DNA of 59,735 nucleotides from an uncultured delta proteobacterium (GTDB lineage Bacteria; Myxococcota_A; Polyangia; Fen-1088). Under the pieces are notes generated by a model. It ran no database searches and was not told where the DNA came from. It saw only the letters and a program-made list of their open reading frames with translations. Positions 1 to 9,319 of the stretch are shown here, piece by piece. The translations under genes were made by a program, and so were the position numbers. Location: positions 1 through 59,735 of the forward strand of contig CAVYGB010000005.1 of the NCBI GenBank assembly GCA_963767925.1, given 5' to 3'. The number at the start of each line of letters is the position of its first letter. Within the stretch, counting starts at the first letter, position 1.

Positions 1-5
1 GGCGC

Positions 6-918
6 GTGTCAGGATCGCGTGTGTACCGGGTGCTGGGGTTGCCGATCGGGCCGTTGATGTTCCTCCTCGCGCAGGACGCGGGGGTGCCGCCCCGGCCCAC
101 GCTGCTGCCGACGCCGACGGCGGTGGCGCAGGAGCCGCGGTACCGGCTCAAGCCGACCCGGGACGGGGGGTACGAATACGAGGACTCGCGCTTCAAGGCG
201 GTGGTGGCGCCCGATGGGCGGGTCAGCTTCGATGACAAGCGGCTGTCCCCGAAGTGGCAGCTCATCCCGGTGTTTCCCAAGAACCACCCACCGGGGACGC
301 CGACCCTCGAGTCGACGCTGCGCGATCTGCTCCTCCGGCGCAAGACGCCGCCCAAGCCTCCTCCGGAGATCCCGATCCCCCCACGGCCGCAGGCCTCCGG
401 TCCGCTCACCGAGGTCGAGCGGCGACGGCGGCAGGAGCCTTTCGACGCCATCCCGGTGGTGGCGGTGGGCGGGACCTTCGATCTCACCGACGAGTACTAC
501 CGGATGCTCGGCGAGGATCCCTACCGCTACGAGAAGGCCCGCTTCCTCTCGAGCACCTTCGAGATGCGCCTCGGGATGGCGGCGCAGAGCCAGGTCCATG
601 ATCTGCGGCGATCGCTGCACGATCTGCCCAACCGCCTCGAGCGGCTGTGGCAGGACACCTCGCATCCGCCGAGCGCGCGCCGCCTGATCATGTGCGCGCT
701 GTTCGATGAGCTGCGCGGGTCGGGCAAGGGTCACGAGGCGGGGAACGTCATCGAGACCTTCGTGCGCCTGAATCTGCCCGCGGGCAGCCCCCAGGCCTAC
801 ACGCCCGCAGAGCTCGAGACGTGCAACGCCCGCGCGGGCGAGGGCCGAACGCTTCAACCCCTACGCCCCCCTACCCCCGCGCCCCGCCCCCGGCAAGTCC
901 CCCGCGCCGAAGCGCTGA
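6..918 (+). CDS. Hypothetical protein, probably frameshifted near 849
   Basis: GC3-rich, protein-like ORF from GTG 6. After ...RAGEGR a +1 shift gives RFNPYAPLPPRPAPGKSPAPKR and TGA at 916-918, whereas the unshifted tail to 1163 is low-complexity and runs through a terminator. Confidence 0.55.
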
Positions 919-1097
919 CCGGCGGGCGCCCGAGGCCGCGAAGTCATTCATCGCGAGCGCCGCGAACCGGTACGAGGCGGCGACGCCGATCCTGGACGGC
1001 GATTGCGGACAAGGCGGACGCCCCTCATCCTGTCCTTCTCCCCGCTGCTCGCTTGTCGGGCCATTTCCACGAGCGTGGAGGGATGAGGGGTCTGCGA

Positions 1098-1141
1098 AAC
1101 GAAAAAGCCGCCCGCGACCGGGGTCGCGAGCGGCTCGTTTG
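1098..1141 (-). terminator. Rho-independent terminator for the LPMO-like gene
   Basis: Minus strand reads GAGCCGCTCGCGACC-CC-GGTCGCGGGCGGC-TTTTTCGTTT, about 20 bp after the stop at 1160. Confidence 0.7.
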
Positions 1142-1159
1142 CGGGTCAGATTGGTGTGA

Positions 1160-2044
1160 CTAGCGACGGCGGCGGCGGAGGAAGCCGCCGGCCAGGGCCA
1201 GCAGGGCCAGCGCGAAGGCCGAGCGCGGCTGCGAGCCGCCGATGGAGCAGAAGCCACCGGGCTCCTCGGCAGGCGGGGCAGGCGGGGCTGCGCCGCCAGC
1301 GGATCCACCACTGCCAGCGGATCCACCGCTGCCTGCGGTCGCGCCACCCGAGCCCGCGGTGGGCGCCGGGCTCGAGCCACCGGTCCCGCCGGTGCCAGCA
1401 GAGCCGCCCGAGCCACCGGTGCCAGGCGCGCGCGCGTCCGGCGCCCGGCCGGCGTCACGCGCGCCCGCGTCGCGGGGACCGGCGTCGACGCGAACGCCGC
1501 CGTCGGAGGCGCCCGGGGCGTCCATGGTCAGCTCGATGTCGGCGCAGTGGTAATACATGTCGTTGCCCGCGGCGCCCGGCACGTAGGGCGGCTTGTCGGT
1601 CATCAACTGCGTGACCTGCAGGGTGCAGTTGGCGCAGGTGATGTTCGGCAAGGTGACCGCCTGCATGAGCGGCTGCCTGACGGCGTGGTCGGGGAAGATG
1701 CCGTCCTTGAGGATCGGCAACACCGGCGGCTCGACGATGTCGGTGATGGTCCGGGGATCCTGGAAGGCGTCGGAGCCATCGTCGTCGAAGGCGATGCGGA
1801 AGTGGCCAGGGTGGTGGATGGTCTCCGTCCACTGGACCATGATGGTCTGCCCGGGTCGGAACTTGGTCCGGATCCCCGACCGCGGGGTGGCCCCGCCGCA
1901 GGGGAAGGTCTTCTGGGGGTCCCCGGTGGCGCTCTCCATGATCCGGCTCGGCGGAAAGAGCAGCCGGATGTGGGCCTCGGCGACGCTCGCCGACAGGAGC
2001 AGACCCGGAACGACAACCGACAACATTCGCGTTCGCAACTTCAT
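1160..2044 (-). CDS. SCE4755-family polysaccharide monooxygenase (LPMO)-like protein with MYXO-CTERM-like anchor
   Basis: Signal peptide ends AEA followed by His1 (HIRL). Also has TIHHPGHFRI, CTLQVTQ and YYHCADI, a Gly/Ser linker, then GGFCSIGG, a TM segment and RRRRR. Confidence 0.75.
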   Translation of the reverse strand: MKLRTRMLSVVVPGLLLSASVAEAHIRLLFPPSRIMESATGDPQKTFPCGGATPRSGIRTKFRPGQTIMVQWTETIHHPGHFRIAFDDDGSDAFQDPRTITDIVEPPVLPILKDGIFPDHAVRQPLMQAVTLPNITCANCTLQVTQLMTDKPPYVPGAAGNDMYYHCADIELTMDAPGASDGGVRVDAGPRDAGARDAGRAPDARAPGTGGSGGSAGTGGTGGSSPAPTAGSGGATAGSGGSAGSGGSAGGAAPPAPPAEEPGGFCSIGGSQPRSAFALALLALAGGFLRRRRR

Positions 2045-2278
2045 CGAATCAATCCTCCAGAGGGGGCCGAGAGTCCTCGCCGCGGCGAGACCCGGGCTAC
2101 TTTGGTCGATCGCCGGCTGGCGGTCACCTACCTAGTAGTACACCAACCCCCTACGGCTGGGAGCGCTGTTCGGATCGGTCGGCGTTCGATCCAGGGCCTT
2201 GATGACGCGTCGATTCATCGGTGGGGGCCCCGTGGCGCATGGTGGGGAGCGGCATCAGCTTGGTGGGCGGAGGACGTT

Positions 2279-2857
2279 GTGGACACCCAAGATTCCGAGC
2301 GCAGCTGGCAAAACGAGGTCGGGGACACCGAGACCGATTGGGGATGGGGGGAGATCCGGGCGGAATGGCGGTTGCAGCTCGTGTCGCCGAGCTTCTCGGA
2401 TGGGGAGGAGTTGCCGGTGGCGCAGGTGGGGGATGGGGGGAATCTTTCGCCGGAGCTGGTCTGGGGTGGGGTGCCGGGGGGGACGCGGAGCCTGGTGCTG
2501 GTGTTCGAGGGGCCGGATCCGACCGGGCGGGCGGAGACGGCGGCGCACTGGATCCTCTACAACCTGCCGCCGGCGGCGGGGGGGCTGGAGCTGGGGGCCG
2601 ACCAGGGCGGGTTGCCGGCGGGGGCCCGGCGCGGGCGCAACGACTTCGGGCGGTTTCGCTACGTGGGGCCGGTCGACTTCGGGCGGCAGGAGTACCGCTT
2701 CCGGCTTTACGCGCTCGACACCGTCCTGGACGCTGACGCGCTGGCCGAGGCGACGGGGGCGGAGCTGGCGCGCGCGATGGAGACGCACCTGCTCGACGAG
2801 ACCGAGCTGGCCTGCTTCGTCGAGCGGACGATCGCGGCGCGGCCCACGGCGCACTGA
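2279..2857 (+). CDS. YbhB/YbcL (PEBP, Raf kinase inhibitor-like) protein
   Basis: Motifs LVSPSFSDG, NLSPELVW, SLVLVFEGPD, HWILYNLP, GRNDFG..YVGP and YRFRLYALD. GTG 2279 follows GGAGGA. Confidence 0.8.
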   Translation: MDTQDSERSWQNEVGDTETDWGWGEIRAEWRLQLVSPSFSDGEELPVAQVGDGGNLSPELVWGGVPGGTRSLVLVFEGPDPTGRAETAAHWILYNLPPAAGGLELGADQGGLPAGARRGRNDFGRFRYVGPVDFGRQEYRFRLYALDTVLDADALAEATGAELARAMETHLLDETELACFVERTIAARPTAH

Positions 2858-2975
2858 GCGCGTTCGCGGCCGCTTCGTCGCGCCGACGACCGCGGCGCGG
2901 CGGCCGACGGCTCACTGAGCGACCGGCTTGGTCGCGCCGGCGATCGCGGCGCGGCGGCCGACGGCTCACTGGGCG
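2829..2975. repeat. Three imperfect ~55-bp direct repeats spanning convergent stop codons
   Basis: A GA(T/C)CGCGGCGCGG...ACGGC(G/T)CACTG unit recurs near 2830, 2888 and 2942. Confidence 0.6.
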
Positions 2976-3299
2976 CGTTCGGGGCGGGAGCTGCGGGAGC
3001 CCCGGGCGGGGCGGCGGGGGGCGGGGCGCACGGGCTTCACGGCGGGTGGGCGGGCCTGCAACATCTCGTAGATGCGCTCGACGAGCTCGCCGCTCTGCTG
3101 GGCGAGGCGGCTGGCGGCGTCGAGGTGGGTGCGGGCCTTTGGCGGCAGCTTGGACTGCTCGAGCACCAGCAGGCGCAGGGCCAGCGAGTGGACGTTGTTG
3201 CCGAGGTGGTGAAGCGCCTGGGCGAGCGGATTCTTCGGCGTCGCCCAGGGCGCGGTGGACGCGACCCATCGAACCGGAAACGCCTGCGGTGCGAGCCAT
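2966..3299 (-). CDS. Small stand-alone HisKA/DHp-like (H-box) protein, probably frameshifted near 3230
   Basis: ATG 3299 follows GAGGA and gives MARTAGVSGSMGRVHRALGDAEE. One base on, the frame reads PLAQALHHLGNNVHSLALRLLVLE...ARTHLDAASRLAQQSGELVERI. Resembles the protein at 8339-8626. Confidence 0.55.
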
Positions 3300-3498
3300 G
3301 TTCGGTGTCCTCGGCGGCCGCGGCGACCCGCACCCCGCCGGGGGGGTGTAACGTAGCGGGGCGCACCGGGCAACCTCAAAGTCCTCGGGGGAGCCCGGGG
3401 CTCGACGCGGCCCGGACGTCGGTCCCGCAGCGGCGCCATTTCTCGAACGGCGCTCCGCGTCTTTCCGGCGCTCATCGTCGCGAGTGACGCGACCTGGA

Positions 3499-5256
3499 TC
3501 ACACCGGGTCGGCCAGCTCCCGGATTGCGCGCAGCAGCGCGGGGAAGGCCACTGGCTTGACCAGGTGGCGCGAGAACCCGGCTGCTCGGCTGCGCTCGAT
3601 GTCTTCCTGGCGGCCGTAGCCGGTCAGGGCGATGGCGGGCGCCCGCAGGTGCGGGCGGAGGCGCTTCATGAGCTCGAGGCCCGAGCCATCGGGCAGGCCG
3701 ACGTCGGTCACCAGGAGATCCAGGTCCTCCGGCAGGACCGTCAGGGCGGCCGCCATGGTGTGGGCGATGGTCACCTGGAACCCCTCACGCCGCAGGAGCT
3801 GTCCCAGAATCTCGGCGGTCTCCTCGTGGTCGTCGACCAGGAGGATGTGCAGGCGCTTCGGCCGGCCAGTCGCCGCCAGGCGCGGCGGCCCCAGCGTTAC
3901 GGGCGGCGACGGAGTCGGGGGCGGCAGCGCGCTGGCCTCGGCGACTGCGTCCGCCGCGATCTCGGGGAAGGGCGGGACGGCCGCCAGCCGCACGCTGAAG
4001 CGGGCGCCTTTGCCCGGCCCGGCGCTCTCGGCCCGGATCTGCCCGCCGTGGGCCTCGACGATGCCCTGGGCGATGGTGAGGCCCAGGCCGAGGCCGCCGG
4101 CGTGGGCGCCCGTCTCGGTCTGGACGAAGCGGTCGAAGACGCGCGGGAGATCGACGGCCGCGATCCCCACGCCGCTGTCCTGCACCTCGACCGACAGCAC
4201 GCCCTCGGCGGCGTGCGAACGGACCGTCACCGAGCCGCCCGGGGGCGTGAACTTGACGGCGTTGCGCAGGAGGTTCCAGAACACCTGCCGCAGGCGCAGG
4301 CCATCGCCGTCCACGTGGTGGGGCCGGGCGGCCAGCTCGGTCGTCACCGCCAGCCGCTTGCGCTCGGCCTCGGGGGCGACGACGGCGACGGCCTCGACGA
4401 TGGCCGCGTGCAGATCGAGGTTCTGCCGCTCGAGCACCAGCTTGCCGAAGGCCAGCCGGGAGGCGTCGAGCAGATCGTCGATGAGGCGCACCTCGTAGTC
4501 CAGGTTGCGGCGGATCATCGCCAGCAGCGCGCGCAGCTCCTCGGGCGGCAGCGTCCCTTCCGCCAGCCGGGGCTCGAGGCCCGAGACGGCCGCCACCACC
4601 GGGGTAAGCGGGGTGCGCAGCTCGTGGCTCAGCCCGGCCAGGAACCGCTCGCTCGCCGCCGTCGCCGCCCGGGCCACCTCGGCATCCACCAGGAGGGCCT
4701 GCCGCTCGAGCGCCATGCGCTCGCGCTCGCCGAGGTCGACGAGCGCCAGGTAAAATATCTGGCCGTCGCCCGACCGCACGTGCAGCTCGACGGGAACCTC
4801 TCCGGCGGCGGCGAACATCCGCAGGTGCAACACCGCCGGCACGAATCGCTTGCGCTGGGCGCTCAGGAACTGGCGGAACACGGGGCGCCAGGCCGGAAGG
4901 AGCAGCGCCGCGAAGGCCACCTCCACCAGCTTGTCGAAGGGCCGGCCGAGGAAGGCCTGGCAGGTGTCGTTGGCCTCGGCGATGGACCCGTTGCGCCGCA
5001 GGGTCAGGTACGGCAGGGGCGCGACGTCGAAGAGGTCGTAGTAGCGGTCGCGCGCCTCCTCGAGCGCGAGCTGGGTCCGGCGGAGCTCGTCGTTCTGCTG
5101 GCGCAGCTCCTCCTGGTGCACCTGCAGGTCGTGCAGCACCTGCGGGAGGTTCCCCCTGCGGGCGGGCGGCCGGGCGGAGCCTCCGGGCGGCCGGACGGGT
5201 GGTCTGCGCTTCGGGGGCGGCGGCCGCTTGCGGGGGGGCGGCCGCCGGACCTTCAT
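3499..5256 (-). CDS. Hybrid PAS sensor histidine kinase / response regulator
   Basis: H-box LSHELRTPL, N-box NLLRNAVKFT, G boxes DSGVG and GLGLGL, and a C-terminal receiver (LLVDD, TDVGLP, KP). ATG 5256 overlaps the upstream TGA (ATGA). Confidence 0.9.
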   Translation of the reverse strand: MKVRRPPPRKRPPPPKRRPPVRPPGGSARPPARRGNLPQVLHDLQVHQEELRQQNDELRRTQLALEEARDRYYDLFDVAPLPYLTLRRNGSIAEANDTCQAFLGRPFDKLVEVAFAALLLPAWRPVFRQFLSAQRKRFVPAVLHLRMFAAAGEVPVELHVRSGDGQIFYLALVDLGERERMALERQALLVDAEVARAATAASERFLAGLSHELRTPLTPVVAAVSGLEPRLAEGTLPPEELRALLAMIRRNLDYEVRLIDDLLDASRLAFGKLVLERQNLDLHAAIVEAVAVVAPEAERKRLAVTTELAARPHHVDGDGLRLRQVFWNLLRNAVKFTPPGGSVTVRSHAAEGVLSVEVQDSGVGIAAVDLPRVFDRFVQTETGAHAGGLGLGLTIAQGIVEAHGGQIRAESAGPGKGARFSVRLAAVPPFPEIAADAVAEASALPPPTPSPPVTLGPPRLAATGRPKRLHILLVDDHEETAEILGQLLRREGFQVTIAHTMAAALTVLPEDLDLLVTDVGLPDGSGLELMKRLRPHLRAPAIALTGYGRQEDIERSRAAGFSRHLVKPVAFPALLRAIRELADPV

Positions 5257-8200
5257 GCGAGCGGCCGGTCCTCGATGGCGAGCAAGATGAAGGGGCGACC
5301 GGTCTCGGCCGAGGCCGGCCCCCGCTGGGCGTTCAGGACCAGCCGCCGGCGCCCCGAGCCGGGGAAGTCGTGCTCCACCTCGAACCGGTCGGTGGCGGCG
5401 ACCGGCTCGCTGGAGGCCACCAGCGCCTCGAGGCGGTCCCGCAGCCCGGGCAGGTTCCAGCGCCCCCCCTCCAGCTCGGGCAGGGGCCGGCCGATCGCCT
5501 CGTCCCGCTGCAGGCCGAAGCTCCGGCAGAAGGCCCGGTTGACGGTGCGGATGCGCAGGTCGGTCTCCAGCACCGCCAGCGGCTCGCGGAAGGTCTCCAC
5601 CACCACCTCGGCGAGCTCCTTGACCTCGCGCAGCCGATCCTCCTGCCGGCGCATGGCGTGGATGTCGAGCAGCACCAGCACCGCCCCGTCGATGCGGTTG
5701 TCGACGTCCTTGTAAGGGCGGATGCGCAGGAGGTACCAGGTGCCCTCGCCGTCGCGCACCTCGCGCTCCTTCGTCGTCACCGTCTCGATGACCTCGTGGA
5801 TGAGGTCCTCCAGATCGGGACAGTCGATGTTGGGCCGGATGTTGCCGATGGGTCGGCCCACGTCGGTGGCGATGAGGTTGAGGACCTTCTCCGCCACGGG
5901 GGTGAAGCGCCGGATGCGCAGGTCGCTGCTGAGAAAGACGATGGCGATCTGCACCCCGGCCAGGAGGTTGACGAGGTCGCTGTTGGCCCGCGACAGCTCC
6001 TCGTTGCGGCCGTGGAGCTCCTCGTTGACGGTGTTGAGCTCCTCGTTGGTCGACTGCAGCTCCTCCTTGGCGGTGTCGAGCTCCTCGTTGGTCGACTGCA
6101 ACTCCTCGTTGGAAGAGAGGATCTCCTCGTTGGCCGACTGCAGCTCCTCGTTGGTGGCCTCGAGGTCCTGGATGATCGCCTGCAGGTACTCCCGGCTGGC
6201 CGCCAGCTCCCGCTGGAGCTGGCGGGCCTGCGACTCGTCCCGGGCGCCCCGCCGGGAGCGGGGCGGGCCCTTGCGGGGCGGGCGGGCGGCGCCGCCCCCG
6301 GGCGGCCGCGGCTCGAACAGCACGAGGAAGTGGCGATCGGTGGCGCTGCCCAGGGGCAACACCTCCAGGTTGGCGGAGGTCGAGGTGCCGTCGATGGTCG
6401 TCCGCAGCCCCTCCTTGCGGACCGGGGCGCCCGATCGTCGCGCCTCGTTGATGGCCGCGCGCAGCCCGAACAGGAGATCGTCGCGGGCCATCTTCAGCAG
6501 GTTCAGGCTGGCGTCCCCCGGCGCCAGCTCGAGGAAGGGCCCGGTGTGCCCCCGCGCCTGCACGATGTGCAGATCGGCGTCGACGAGCACGCCGGGGGGG
6601 GCGTATTTCGCCAGCAGCAGGCGGGTGGCCTCCACCTGTACCCCCCGGGCGTCCGGAGGGGCGCTCTTGATCAGGGGAGGTGCCCGCCCGGGGAGAACCT
6701 CCGCCGCCGGCGGGCCGACCGAGGCGCGCGCTTTCGAGGTCTTGCGCAGGAAGATGCGGGCCTTCTTGTCCACCAGTTGAAACAGGTCGGGATGCAGGCT
6801 GGCCGACTCCGCCCGCCCCAGCATGAGGAAGGCGCCGGGCCGGAGGGCGTAGTGGAAGACGGTCATCAGCTTCTTGTGCAGGACCTGATCGAGGTAGATG
6901 AGCACGTTCCGGCAGACCACGAGATCCAGCTTGGAGAAGGGGGGGTCCCGGGACAGGTCCTGGCGGGCGAAGATGCACAGGTCGCGGACGTGTTTGGCGA
7001 CCTGATAGCCGCCGTCGACCTTGGAGAAGAAGCGCCGCAGCCGCGCCGGCGAGACGTCCTCGGAGATCTTCTCGGGGTAGACGCCGGCCCGGGCCCGATC
7101 GATGGACTTGTCGCTGATGTCGGTGCCGAAGATCCCGATGGGGGACGATCCGGCCGCGTCGCCCAGGAACTCGAGCAACGTGATGGCGACCGAATAGGCC
7201 TCCTCGCCGGTGGCGCAGCCGGGGACCCAGACCCGGATCGGGGTCTCGGCCGAGCGCGCCGCCACGATCGCCGGGTAGATGCGCTGGACCAGAGCCTCGA
7301 ACGACTCGGGGTCGCGGAAGAAGCGGGTCACCTGGATGAGGAGATCGTCGTAGAGGCACTGCACCTCGGCGGGGGTGTTCTCGAGGTGGCGCAGGTAGCG
7401 CTCGAGGTCGGCGACCTTGAGGAGCACCATGCGACGCTGCAGGCGCCGGCGGATGGTCGGCTGCTTGTAGTGGGAGAAGTCCACCCCGCTCGCCGCGCGC
7501 AGGATCTGGAAGAGGCGCCGGAACAGCGGCTCCTCGGCGCCGGCGCCGGGGACGGGGACCACCTCCGCCCGCGGCTGCAGGGCCAGGCGGGCCAGGGCGG
7601 GCCCGAGCTCGGCCGGCGCCAGGACCAGGTCGGCGATCTCGGCGCTGACCGCCGCGCGGGGCATGACGTCGAAGCGGGCGCTCTGCGGATCCTGGACCAG
7701 GACCGTCCCGCCCGCGGCCCGGATCTCGCGCAGGCCGGCCACCCCGTCCGAGGAGTTGCCCGACAGCAACACGCCGATGGCGGCGCTCTCGGCGTTCTCC
7801 GCCAGCGACTGGAAGAAGGCGTCGATGGGGCTGTATTGCGAGCGATCGCTGGGTCGGCGCACCAGCCGGAGGGCGTCCCCCTGGATCCGGAGCTGCACGT
7901 TGGCCGGGGTCACGTAGACCCGGTTGGGCCGCAGGACGACGCCGTCGGTGGCCTCCTCGACGGCGAGCGCGCTGGCGCCGCCGAGGAGCTGGGGCAACGC
8001 GCTCCGGTGGGTGGGCGACAGGTGCTGGACGAAGACCAGGGCCAGGCCGGGATCGGGGGGCAGGGAGCCGAGGAGCTGGGAGAAGGCCTCGAAGCCCCCC
8101 GCCGAGGCGCCCACCCCGACCACCAGCACCGGCGGGAGCACCGCGTTCAAGCCGTCGGCCTCCTCGGTGGGCGGGAGGTCGCGCTTGCCCGTCCGGGCGG

Positions 8201-8306
8201 GGCTCCCGACCGCACGCGCCCGGGGCGGGGGCCGTTTCGGCGCCGGCGCAGGGCGCTTCGGCGGCCGGCGGCTGGTCCCGGAGCGAGGCGGACGTGCTTT
8301 GGCCAT
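5253..8306 (-). CDS. cheB: CheB methylesterase / CheR methyltransferase / PAS fusion protein
   Basis: CheB motifs GASAGG, VQHL and LSGNSSDG. CheR motifs VTRFFRD, WVPGCATGEEAYS and CRNVLIY. EELQSTNEEL coiled-coil repeats and PAS domains follow. Confidence 0.92.
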   Translation of the reverse strand: MAKARPPRSGTSRRPPKRPAPAPKRPPPRARAVGSPARTGKRDLPPTEEADGLNAVLPPVLVVGVGASAGGFEAFSQLLGSLPPDPGLALVFVQHLSPTHRSALPQLLGGASALAVEEATDGVVLRPNRVYVTPANVQLRIQGDALRLVRRPSDRSQYSPIDAFFQSLAENAESAAIGVLLSGNSSDGVAGLREIRAAGGTVLVQDPQSARFDVMPRAAVSAEIADLVLAPAELGPALARLALQPRAEVVPVPGAGAEEPLFRRLFQILRAASGVDFSHYKQPTIRRRLQRRMVLLKVADLERYLRHLENTPAEVQCLYDDLLIQVTRFFRDPESFEALVQRIYPAIVAARSAETPIRVWVPGCATGEEAYSVAITLLEFLGDAAGSSPIGIFGTDISDKSIDRARAGVYPEKISEDVSPARLRRFFSKVDGGYQVAKHVRDLCIFARQDLSRDPPFSKLDLVVCRNVLIYLDQVLHKKLMTVFHYALRPGAFLMLGRAESASLHPDLFQLVDKKARIFLRKTSKARASVGPPAAEVLPGRAPPLIKSAPPDARGVQVEATRLLLAKYAPPGVLVDADLHIVQARGHTGPFLELAPGDASLNLLKMARDDLLFGLRAAINEARRSGAPVRKEGLRTTIDGTSTSANLEVLPLGSATDRHFLVLFEPRPPGGGAARPPRKGPPRSRRGARDESQARQLQRELAASREYLQAIIQDLEATNEELQSANEEILSSNEELQSTNEELDTAKEELQSTNEELNTVNEELHGRNEELSRANSDLVNLLAGVQIAIVFLSSDLRIRRFTPVAEKVLNLIATDVGRPIGNIRPNIDCPDLEDLIHEVIETVTTKEREVRDGEGTWYLLRIRPYKDVDNRIDGAVLVLLDIHAMRRQEDRLREVKELAEVVVETFREPLAVLETDLRIRTVNRAFCRSFGLQRDEAIGRPLPELEGGRWNLPGLRDRLEALVASSEPVAATDRFEVEHDFPGSGRRRLVLNAQRGPASAETGRPFILLAIEDRPLA

Positions 8307-8338
8307 GGACCCCTTACAGCACCGAAGGGATCGATGCT

Positions 8339-8626
8339 TTACCGAGGGTTCCGTCGCGCCGTCAAGCGCCGCGGGCCGTTCCGGCCGGGACGTTCGAGCA
8401 CGCGCCGGATCCGGGTCAGCAACCGCGCGCTCACCTCGGCCAGGCGATGCGCCTCCTGCACGTGGCCCCGATCGCGGGCCGCCAGCTCACCCTCTCGCAG
8501 CAGGAACAGCCGCAACGACAGAGCGTTCAGCTTGTTGCCGAGCTGGTGGACCTCCCGGGTCATCCCCTCAGCCGGGGCCGGTTCGCCCCGCGGGATGGTG
8601 CCCCCGCTGCCATCGACCCTCGCCAT
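8339..8626 (-). CDS. Small stand-alone HisKA/DHp-like (H-box) protein
   Basis: 95 aa with VHQLGNKLNALSLRLFLL followed by a second amphipathic helix and no ATP-binding domain. ATG follows GGAGG. Confidence 0.6.
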   Translation of the reverse strand: MARVDGSGGTIPRGEPAPAEGMTREVHQLGNKLNALSLRLFLLREGELAARDRGHVQEAHRLAEVSARLLTRIRRVLERPGRNGPRRLTARRNPR

Positions 8627-8744
8627 GTTCCGCCTCCATGTCCGACCCCGCTGCCGCGCCAGGCTCTCGCAGGGGGGAGCCCGGCGTCGTGCATGCTAGG
8701 CGAGACCAGGATACAGCGAAATCCGACAGCGGTCCCGGGTACAG

Positions 8745-8936
8745 CTACAAGCGCCTGATCCGGGTCGCCACGAGCAGGAGGCCGAAGCCGATGATCCAGG
8801 CCCAGGTGGAGAAGTCCATGCGGATCTGGAAGACCCGGAAGTGCGCCAGCAGGGCGACCAGGTAGAGGACGAGACAGATCAGCCATACGGCGCCGGTGGG
8901 CGGGTTTACCCTGCGAATTGCCATCGAGGCCATCAT
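8745..8936 (-). CDS. Small two-TM membrane protein
   Basis: Two hydrophobic stretches (VWLICLVLYLVALL and WAWIIGFGLLLVA). The start may be at 8924. Confidence 0.6.
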   Translation of the reverse strand: MMASMAIRRVNPPTGAVWLICLVLYLVALLAHFRVFQIRMDFSTWAWIIGFGLLLVATRIRRL

Positions 8937-9043
8937 GGGTCGGGACCTGGCCCCAGGCCATACACAAAGAGCCCGAGCCGGCTCGATCGGTCACCGGGGG
9001 GTGACCGGCGAGCCCGCGCTCGGTTACCGCTCGACCGCGTTTT

Positions 9044-9265
9044 TCAGCGCTTGCTGACCTGGGGATCCTCCTCCGCCATGCGCGACCGACCCTCCTTCTC
9101 GGCGGCCTCCAGCTCCTCCTGCTCGGTCTGCAGGGCGGCCTCCGCCTCCTGGGCGGCCTCGTCCACCTTGCCGCTGTCGATGAAACGCTTGGTGGCGTCG
9201 CGGTAGCGGCGGTCCGCGGCGCGGTTGCCTTCACCCTTCTCGGGCACGTCGTTGTCGTTGGCCAT
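9044..9265 (-). CDS. Small acidic hypothetical protein
   Basis: 73 aa with a strong AGGAGG RBS and GC3-rich codons (GEGNRAADRRY...EELEAAEKEG). Confidence 0.7.
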   Translation of the reverse strand: MANDNDVPEKGEGNRAADRRYRDATKRFIDSGKVDEAAQEAEAALQTEQEELEAAEKEGRSRMAEEDPQVSKR

Positions 9266-9319
9266 CGGGTTCCTCCTGGGAGAGGAACCATCAATGACCG
9301 TGCCAGATCGAAGCTTGGC

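Noticed and set aside
5257..7359. N-terminal 700 aa of the 1286-aa ORF 3499-7359
   Set aside because: Arg/Pro/Gly-rich off-frame translation of the CheB/CheR gene. The kinase starts at ATG 5256.
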